NCBI RefSeq assembly: GCF_018350175.1
Contig: NC_058368.1
Coordinates: 112,222,001 to 112,286,000, forward strand
Direction: 5' to 3'
DNA length: 64,000 nucleotides
Source of the DNA: Felis catus
Taxonomy: Eukaryota
Numbering within the stretch: position 1 is the first letter of the stretch; every line of letters begins with the position of its first letter. The translations under genes were made by a program, and so were the position numbers. Below the pieces are notes generated by a model. That model saw only the letters and a program-made list of their open reading frames with translations. It searched no databases and was not told the DNA's origin. Positions 40,353 through 49,792 of the stretch are shown here, one piece after another.

Positions 40353-43238
40353 TGAACAGCTTGGATTTCTTAGCCGAGGGTGGGCTAAGGTGCCCTTCGG
40401 CAGGCAGCGAGGCGTATTGGACACCAGAATGACCACGCAGAGCTGTGTGGTAGGAAGGTGGATCCGGCCTTCAGAAGAAGGAGAGGTGAATGGGTTGTTT
40501 TGGGGCTGTAGCCTTGGACCAGGGAACAGGGGGCCCAGGGCTTTGGGGACCGAGGGGAGTGGTCCATGGGAGGCATCTGTGATGGAGAATCAGTGGGCCA
40601 AGCAGGAGAGAGGGAAGGGTCCAAAATGACCCAGGACTTGACATTTCGGTGACTGTCAGGGAGGAAGCCTCCCACACGGGGAATTAAGCGGCACGTGACG
40701 TATGTTGAGGCTGCGCTTGGCGTGGAGCAGGTGACCCGTATACGCTTCTTGTCCCTGCTGCAGTTTTGGAGACTGGCAGGAGGGCAGGCTTGAGTGAGAA
40801 CATGCTGAGTTTGGCTGGGTTCCTGTGCGAGGTACTGCAGCTGGAATATCAGGGTGGGAGCAATAGTCAGGGGTGTGACAGCGAAGTGACAGCTGAGGTG
40901 AGCCGCAGAAAGGAAGAGGGTGGAGATGAATGGGAAAATGCCAGGAAGGAGCTCCTGCAACACCAGCAGCTGTACAGTCAGCAGTTACTGAGCCCCTACC
41001 ACGTGCACCCCGCCTTTAAATCATCATACCATTCTCTGTGTCTTACAGATAGGGAAACTGAGGCTCAGGTCGTGTGACATGTCTGTGCTCCCTCAGCTGT
41101 TACATGGTGTCTCAGGGCATTGCTCCCGGCTGTCCACCTCCATGGTCCCTGGAGGCAGAGTCCTGGGAGGCCCCTGTCACCAATGTCGTGTAAAGGGAAT
41201 CAAGAGGGGAGAATTGCTGACGAGGACGTGACACTGGGGACAGAGACCAAAGGGTGGGGAAGGAAAAAGCCTTTCGTTTCCAGGTTGTGAGAGAAGAGCA
41301 AAGCAGATGATGCAGGGCCAGAGGAAGGAGGTTGAGGGAGCCCTCATTGGAAGGCCTGACTCTACCACGTTCAAGATTATATGAACAGAACGAAGGGGAG
41401 AGTGTGGCCAGGATTTGAGGAGAAGAAGGTCCTGATTTCCGAACATGCCTAGGTGAGATAAATAGGGCTGGAGTGGTGACAGCAGGGAGGGCCACGTGAG
41501 GGCTAGATCTGGGCAGGCAAGATCATCAACCACGCACCAGCATACAAAGCCTGTTTGGGCTCCAGGATCTGCATGATGACAAGATGGGGTAGAACCATTT
41601 GTCCGATTTTTCGGAGTCTTCAGAGATGTCCGGCTGGGAAAGTCGCCAACCGTGTCTGGGAGGCCCTGACTACCTCGGTTTGTCTCTTTGGCAACAGAGT
41701 TTTATTGCCACCATAAAGATGTGTGGCTGCCAAGAAAAACACTCTTCTTCAGGAAGGTTGGCCTTGGGGAGGAGCAGCCTTCTGATAGAGCAGATCTTTC
41801 AAGACTTTCCCATTGCAGGGCAGGAATTATTGATACTAAACTCCCTTACTCTTGGTCCATTTAACTCCTGAAGAAGAGGGCCTGTGTGGGAGGACAGGCA
41901 CCCTTGGAGCATGTCAAAGGACTGGAGACAAGCCAGGACCATACTGCCTGAGCCTTCTTCTTATGTAGGCTGTGAGCTGCCAGTGGTACGTGAGGGCTGG
42001 AGCAGTAGCAGCCCTAAAGTGAAAGGAAGAAATGTGTGCAGAGGCCAAGCCTTTAGCCATGTAGTTCAAGAGGAGTCCTTGAATTCTGGATGGTTTGGCT
42101 GAATCTTTTCCAAACTGTGGTCCCACACCGCTAGCAGAGATGAATGAAGGTGCGTACAACGTAACACATGCCACTGTGCAGGTGATATACCTGGGTGACA
42201 CATCCATTTGGTCTCTAAATCAATTGATGAGGGCAAATATTGTTCTGATTTCAGACTTGACGTTAGCATTGGTAGTTTTTGGCCCTGCGTGGGCATCTGC
42301 AATCTCCCATAGTAGGTTTGGCCGCAGGCCACTGCTGCCCGAGGTTGGTACTACCAGCACTTCCAGAATCTGGAGTCGTATCAGGATAGGGGTGCTAAAA
42401 ATAGGAGTGACTATCCGCCTCAAGTAAAGTTCATTTGTCAACATGCTCACTCAATTTTCACAAAAGCCAAAAGAAATTGACAGGCTATTTATCCTTCCCC
42501 TTTTGTAGATGATGAGGAAACTCAGGGCCAGTGTGGTTGAATCTTTTCCACCAGGTCGTACAGTAGATAGCAACTGAGCAACAAAGCAAACCCCAGCTGC
42601 TTCTAATCCGGGGCTCTTTCTACTAAACCATCTGCCTGTCTTGGACTCTTCAGACCATAAGGAAACTGCTGGACTCACTGGAAACAGGAAGTGGACGAGA
42701 GCTTCCCAGTTGGTAACATTCCGAAGAAGTGCCCTGAGGGGTTTGCCCAGCCTGCGTAAACCCACATCTTAGAAGTTACACCCGGCTTGTCTGCTGGAGG
42801 ATGTATATCCACGGTACGGCTTGCTTCCATGACATTTTGGAATAGCGCAGTGGCCGGGACCATGATTTGGGAGTTTCTTCCGGTATCTACAGCCTCAGGG
42901 ACAAGGACCAGACAGGACCAGGACTGGATGAATGCCAAGCTAGGGAGGGAAACTTTGGGAGGCCTAAGTCCTGAGAGCTGCCTGGTCAGATGCTCAAGTG
43001 TTGACCGAATGGATACTGAGGCACAAAGCAGACACCGTGTCAGGTACAGGGTCACGGTACTCTAGGACAGGCCGTAGCGTGGGATTCCTGTCATCAGGAA
43101 ACTCCTTGCTTGGTTAGGGTACAACAACATGTTCAGAAAACAGCAGCATCTAGAACAGAGCTTTTAATAGGGGGTAGCGCCTTTGCAGGCACTGGGTGGG
43201 GTGATCCCAGCTTTTCCTAAGAATACCTTTAAAATACA

Positions 43239-43625
43239 GGGGCGCCTGGGTGGCTCAGTCGGTTAAGCGTCCGACTTCAGCTCAGGTCACTATCTCCCGG
43301 TCCGTGAGTTCGAGCCCCACGTCGGGCTCTGGGCTGATGGCTCGGAGCCTGGAGCCTGTTTCCATATCTGTGTCTCCCTCTCTCTCTGCCCCTCCCCTGT
43401 TCATGCTCTGTCTCTCTCTGTCCCAAAAATAAATAAACGTTGAAAAAAAAAAGATTTGAAAAGAGTTTGAGCCCCGCGTCGGGCTCTGGGCTGATGGCTC
43501 GGAGCCTGGAGCCTGTTTCCGATTCTGTGTCTCCCTCTCTCTCTGCCCCTCCCCCGTTCATGCTCTGTCTCTCTCTGTCCCAAAAATAAATAAACGTTGA
43601 AAAAATTTTATAAAAAAAAATAAAA
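43239..43625 (+). mobile_element. Young felid CanSINE in tandem with a 5'-truncated second copy
   Basis: Full copy 43239-43452, then a copy restarting at gagtttgagccccgcg (about 43463-43620); one TSD taaaataca flanks the pair. Confidence 0.92.
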
Positions 43626-45719
43626 TACATTAAATGGGGTCCAACCCATAGAAGAGCAGCTGTACTTTAAGTGTCCATGGATAAAGCAAGCACCTATGGC
43701 AAGAAGTTACTATGGATAATTAGTATATTTAGGTACATTTTTGTCATGTCCCCCACAATAACGCCTACACATAGGAGAAAAATGGTCATACATGTATGTG
43801 AGATATTTTAGGAATTATGTGAATCTATAATGCTAACCGATTTGCGGGTCCCTTGAAATAAGTCCATGCTCCCAACTTGCTAGTCCCCTAGCCTAGAAGT
43901 GTTTGAACACAGAAAACTTGGTAAACCTGCATGTCACTGACTGGGACCAGCAGGACCTTGTCCGTGGATGGCTTATTTGTTAAGGATTTTCTGTAGAAAA
44001 TGACCTGCTGAGAAATATTGTTGTGTTCCCGTCCCATCTCTAACTATGCACCCACGGGAAAGGTCTGGTGGCTCTGTCCCTTCCAGAGAATGGCCAGGCC
44101 TTTGTGTTCCTTGTGGCTGGTCCTCTTACCGCTGTGGATCAGTGACCCGCCATTGTGTTTCAGCTGACTGTCCTGTTTCCACAGTCATGGCCCATTGAAG
44201 AACTTAAACAGCACTATTTGAGAAGGGAAAGAGATGAAACTGTGTGGTTCTTTGTGTCTGAGAAGGGCCCAGCAGTATTCTGTGGCTGTATTTGGGCTTC
44301 TGAGAAGAGGGGCAACAGTGGCAAATCTGTGGGGACCCCAGCCTGCGTCTGGGTTGCTTCAGCCCCTCTGAAGTGGGAGAATTCCCAAGAGGTGGCCGCG
44401 TGGGTACCTGTTAGGATTGGCCCAACATGCAAACCCCCACCCCATGCAGAAGCATCTGCATTCAGAGGAAGCTCTTGGCCCTGGCAGGGACCAGTAAGCA
44501 AGACACCTGACCCTGGTGTGGAGCAGTGGAGCCAGACGGCCTCACTGTGTGGCCTAAGGAGTAATGTTAGGGACCCAGCTAGACAAGGTGAGGGAGCCTG
44601 GAGGAGAAGCGATGTTTTTAGGACTGCATAGGCTCTCCTCTGCTCCTGGATGAAGATGATGAGCATGGTAAGGGTCTGTTTCATTGACTCTGAGCATCCT
44701 GCCTGTCTTGGTATAGGGGGCTTGAGTTTGTCCTCACTGAATTTGGGAAAACAAAACCACAGATGCCCTGAGTGTTTCGGGTATTTAATCCACACCTATC
44801 ATAGTAAAAGGTAATAGGGTCTTGATTTAGGGAAAAAAAATATCAAGAAAAAATGGTCTAGATAGCAAAGCCTCATGATAAGAAATCAAAATTTGATTTA
44901 TAATTTATCCTCATTTTAGAACAAAAAACTCTAATTAGAGAAACGAAACATCTTTTGTCCTAGAAGTAAGTATGTCTAATGTGAATCCCTTCACATGCAC
45001 CTGTACACCCCCAAGCCAAGCCCTGAAGGTTCAGGAACAGCAGTCTCAGAGCTGGTGGTTCAGTGTGAACAGAGTACTGACCCCAGCATCTCACCTCCTT
45101 TCTCCAGTTCCTTCCACAAACAACATGCAGGTCCACGGATTTCAGTTGTGCACATTTCCCAGCGCTGCTTGCCGGCAACCTCCCAAGTCCGCTTTTAAAG
45201 GTCACCCAAGTTTGTTCTAAATAGAGTTAACTGTGAACTCTGATTCAGCGCTTTTCTGAGGTCTGCCAAGCCACGCCTCCCCAGGACCTGTCTTCCAAGC
45301 CCCGCCCCCTGGACTCCGCCTCCTAAGCCGCGCCTCCCTGCACCAGCCTGTCAAGCCACGCCTTCCCAGGTCCTGTCTCTCAACTTCCTGCCTCCCTGGA
45401 TCACGCCTCCAAAGCCCCGCCTCTTTAGGCCATGCTTCCCGGGGCCCAGCCTCAGAGCATCTTTTGGCCGCAGCAGATGATATGAGTTGCCGCTGTTTTC
45501 TGCTTTGTGGTCCCGTGTGAATCATCATGCCCCTGTTGCTAATGCAGATGGGCCCTAACAACCATCGTCCAGTTGAAAGATTTGCTCTCACTGAGTGACA
45601 CGTCATTGATGCCACAGAGTTCTTTTACCTTGTAAAGCAAGCAGGAGAGGGTAGGTAGGCTTGGAATCTTCACTGGGACCAAAACAGTTTGTTTCAAGTG
45701 TAAGGCGTCATTTTTTCAG

Positions 45720-46824
45720 TAAGGTGTGGTGACCCAGGTGCATGCAATTGTCACAGCTCATTAACTGTGCACCTATAAGCAACATCTTTTATTGAATGTA
45801 AATTATATCTGAATTAAAAAGGAAACTAATAAAAACCAGGATACGACGAGGCCAGAGAAGACGACCAGGGGCTCCTGAGAGTCATTAGGCCTCATGGGAG
45901 AAGAGGTGAAAACAGGGAGGAAGTGCAGTGGAAGAATGCATCATCTCAATGAGATAACAAGGAAACCTCAAACAAACCCCAAATGAGGAAGGGTCTATTC
46001 ATCAGAAGGGAGGCAACATACTCTTAAAAAATGCCTGTGTCATTAAAAGCAAAGAAAAGCTGTAGAAATGATCCAAGTTAAGGAATCTGGGGGCGCCTGA
46101 CTGGCTCAGTAGGTGGAATGTGTAGACTCTTGAGTTTGGGGTTGTGGGTTGAAGCCCCACATTGGGTGTAGAGTTTACTAAAAACAAAAATAAATAAAGG
46201 AAGCTTAAGAGTCATGACGACTAAATGCAGTGCCTGGTTAGACAAGATCCTGCCCTTGGGAGAGAAGGAATGCCATACAGGTCAATATGAGATCAAGTGA
46301 TAACTTGAGTATAGACAGTATATTAGGTAAAGGTATTGTGAATATAGATTATGGCTCTGATTACTGTAGCAGGTAGGACAATATTCCTATTCTTAGAAAA
46401 CACATACTGAAGCATTTAGGGGTAAAAGGCCATTTTGTATCTAACCCTGAAATGGCTCAGAGAATAATGTTATGTATGTATGTGTGAAAAAAATATATAC
46501 ACGTATGTACAAAAGAATTTCCTCATTGCTTACCTTGGGGAAAAGAGTGAAAAAAGTACAAGTTTGGGTCTTGTTGACAATGCCGGTTCAAAGTTTGTCA
46601 AGTATTTTTCCAACATTGGCACCTCTAAACAAGGAAGATTTTTATCCAACATCTCCTATCAGTAACTCCTGGAAGCCACATCATACCCGTAGCTGATTCA
46701 TGAAACCTTTCATCCCGGGTCAGGTCACTGTTACCTGGAGAAGAACACAGCCCAGGCAAAGTTTATGCATTGGGACAGGGGCATCTGTTCAGTGATGAGG
46801 GGAGGGGAGGGGAGAGGAGGGAGG

Positions 46825-46869
<45 letters not shown>

Positions 46870-47040
46870 GAGGGCAGAGGAGGAAGGGGGAGAGAGAGAG
46901 CACACAAACCATACATTTTACAAATGAGGTAAGATGTTAACAATAGGTAAATCTGGGTAAAGGATATAGAAAGGTGTTCTTTGTGCAGTTTTTCTTTTTT
47001 GCACTTTTTTTTTTTTACAAATTTGAAATTATTTCCAGAT

Positions 47041-47043
<3 letters not shown>
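45720..47043 (+). mobile_element. Old L1M 3' UTR pieces (L1ME/L1MC-like) carrying a short CanSINE (46089-46200) and a non-L1 insert (46513-46792)
   Basis: ttcttagaaaacacatactgaagcatttaggggtaaaagg ... resumes after the insert as atgttaacaataggtaaatctgggtaaagg...tttgaaattatttcc. Confidence 0.78.
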
Positions 47044-47089
<46 letters not shown>

Positions 47090-47598
47090 CGCACGCGTGC
47101 TTTACCATTGGTGATGAGGGAGCTGGAAAGAGTTCCAAGGCCTTTGCAGCATCAACTGGTGTCCAGAAGGCATTGGCTGCTGGTTCCAGATTCGTGTCAG
47201 TATTCCAGGTGATGGTAGTCACCATGGCAATTATATTGCTTTCATAGTCATAAATGGATATGTCTCAAGCAATAAAAGCTAGGTGGCCTATGTTACAAAC
47301 CTGGGAGAATATATGAGAGAATTTCCTTATTGCTTATTCTGGGAAGAAAAGGAAAAATGTTCAGGTGTTTTGTTGATAAGGCATGCTGGAGGTTGGGCAA
47401 GTATTTTTTTTAAACATCTATACCTCTAAACAAGCAGAATATTATCAGGACACGCTCCTTCAATCAGTAACTTCTGAAAGCCATATCATACCTTCAGTTG
47501 ATTCATGAAAACCTTGACTCCTGGGTCAGGTCACTGTTATTTGGACATAAGCATGACACAGGTACAGTTTATATGTTGGGACATTTACATCTGTTCTG
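46513..47598. repeat. Diverged direct duplication of about 280 bp (46513-46792 and 47317-47598)
   Basis: Colinear shared blocks: agaatttcct.attgctta, acctctaaacaag, atcagtaact, atcatacc, tgattcatgaaa, gggtcaggtcactgtta, tgggaca, catctgttc. Confidence 0.85.
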
Positions 47599-49118
47599 TT
47601 TCATACCCAAATTTCCCAGGATGACCCTAGCAGCATTATAGTGGATTTGGGAAAGGAAGGGGTGTCCAGTGACCTCTCAGTGGGCTTCCAAAGACCATAG
47701 TGTCTGACCTTGCTCTGAGCTCAGTGGACGCTTTGCCCCCAAAAATGGCCATGACCCCTGCTCACTCCCTGGGGGATCTGCTATGAAAGTGGATGGGACT
47801 CTGCCTCCTGCCCACACTGTAGTTGGCCAAGCACACATGACAGTGATTATGACCCTCTTCCCCCCCACACAAAAAGAAAATGTGGGATTCATTTGTTCAA
47901 GCACACTTCCCAGGCAGATAGGAAGTTCCCCCTGTACCCCACCTCCTTCTGGGAGGGGTAAAAGGACAGGTTGCACCTGATTGTCAAATCTGCAGTTTGG
48001 ACTCTGGAATCATGAAGCTGAGTATTTTCTCTCAACCGTTCATCTGATAAAGATGGGACTATTTGGGGAGCTTAGAAATTCAACTGTGTAATGAACGTTG
48101 CTGCCTCTTTGTCCGCATGTGTAAAACCAAACTGAGGTGCCACATTCAGGGAACTAAACCCAGGTGGCAAAATAGGTGTGTGTCACAGGCAGGCTTTCAT
48201 TCTGTGTCCTTCCTGGTCATGCCATGTGAGTTCTTCAAGAAGAGAGTGTTGAGAATAAGAGTCCACTTTATCTGCAGCGGGTCTGGGAGTCCTCTCTGGT
48301 CCTGAAGCAAAGCTGAGCCAAAGGGCCCGTGGAAGGGGAGATGAGCATCAGAGATGGAGACGGGAGAGCCAGCTGGAAGGGTTATATGGAAGAGACGGAG
48401 TCGCTGCTTGCCGGCTGCATACAGCCCTAGAAGAAGCTAGGGACACCGTACCCCGTAATCTGCCAGTAGACACCCCAGAGGTAGACAAGGACATAGTGGC
48501 CCTGTGCCCCTGGACTTTGAGGAGCCAGTGGCATCAGGGCTGCCCTCCAGCTGTTGCAGGGCACGGCCTGACCAGGGCTGGAGTTACAGAATGTTTGGCC
48601 CTCCAGCCCCTGTATCCTGCCCCCTACTTATGCCAGTCACCTCAGTCTCACTAATAATCTGTTGATAACTTATTCCACTGCTACAATGTACCTGAGCACT
48701 TTATAGGTGTTACCTTATTTATGTTCACCTGTTATCTTTTTTCCTTTAAAATATTTTTCAGCTTTATTAGGATATAATTAACATTGATATAAATAACACT
48801 GCGTAGGTTTAATATACATGTGTATTTGTTGAATGGTTACCAAAGTGAGGTTCGCTAACATGTTCATCGTGTCATATAGTTACCGTTTGTGTCTGTGAAT
48901 TGAGAACTCTCAAGATTTACTCTCTTGGCAACTTTGTATACAATAAATATTGGCCTGTTCTCTTTTTAAAGATAAGGACCCAAAGGCTGACAAAAGGTAG
49001 CTTACCAAGGTTGAAAGGTTTTTAAGTAGTGGGTTCAGGATTTGGAACCAGAATAGTCTGGGTCCAAATCTCTTATGCTCTTTTACCACACTGTGCACAA
49101 GTACACACACCCACAGAC

Positions 49119-49164
<46 letters not shown>

Positions 49165-49534
49165 ATGGGACTTTGCAACCTCTTTTTTAAGAGGGAGCTT
49201 GGCACAGCTTGTCATATTTGATCCTAGACAGTCTGCAGTCCCTGCTGCTTACAAAGACATAGTGATGGTTGACCAGAAACCTCTGGACGTCCTATGGCAG
49301 CTGGTACTTTATCACCTGGCAGGCATTGTCTCCAATCTGGCTACACATGTTGGCAGGGGCTTTCTGCTGGGACTTGAGAATCGTGGTTTGAGCTGCCAAG
49401 GTCAGCAGTTTTGGTAAAAACCAACAGGCCATGTGAGTGGACACTGTCAGTGGGCTGGGCTGGGTCCGGTGCCGGAGAATGGCCAGTCTCTTGACCTCAG
49501 GTCGCTTGCCATCTTCTCTTCCCTGTCTTTGCAG

Positions 49535-49792
49535 CCAACCTTGGTTTGAGACCAAGGGCGATGACTCTTGGGAAGCCACCAGTCTACCAGGGGCCTGTGG
49601 ATTGCATTGCAACCATCGTGCGGACCGAGGGCCTGGCAGGGATGTACCGGGGTTTTGGCGCCATGCTGCTGAGGGATGTCCCGGGCTATTGCCTCTACTT
49701 CATCCCCTATGTGTTCCTGAATGACTGGATCACACCCGAGGCCTGCGCAGGCCCCAGCCTCTGTGCTGTGTGGCTGGCAGGCGGCGTGGCAG
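49535..49792 (+). CDS. SLC25A48: SLC25A48 coding exon 5 (ANLGLRPR...EGLAGMYRG...RDVPGYCLYF...WLAGGVAG)
   Basis: Acceptor ctcttccctgtctttgcag|, donor G|gtaagg; 258 nt, phase 1-1; [DE]GxxGxYRG motif. Confidence 0.97.

Larger units (their letters stand above)
40660..47600 (-). mobile_element. Highly decayed Ty3/Gypsy-type LTR retrotransposon internal region (gag-PR-RT-RH-IN plus a second RH-IN), interrupted by L1M, MIR and CanSINE insertions
   Basis: Minus-strand translations give degenerate motifs in canonical order: gag and CCHC-like knuckle (47600-47270), CLLDT (47170), WLLGP (45550), KSVDL/LQGL/LDIL/CYLDH (45140-44850), EQRRAYAVLKTSL and DASAWG (44645-44440), RNTKAWPFS (44100), integrase-like segments (44000-42650). 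Recognised by eye only. Confidence 0.65.

Noticed and set aside
42640..43140. Reading the minus ORF (LRPVLEYR, STLEHLTRQLSG, ATALFQNVM) as a second RT domain
   Set aside because: It would need a large deletion and has no YxDD; an integrase C-terminal reading is continuous with the upstream core. Not fully excluded, and an HMM search would decide.
47101..47140. Plus-strand P-loop-like peptide IGDEGAGKSS
   Set aside because: Isolated, with no further GTPase or ATPase motifs and no splice context; it lies antisense to the protease-like segment and is probably chance.
47100..47600. Alternative plus-strand gag-like reading (TMAIILLS...TWENI*ENFLIAY)
   Set aside because: Orientation conflicts with pol, whereas the minus strand gives capsid-like, CCHC-like and protease motifs in the right order. 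It shows that by-eye motif matching here can mislead.
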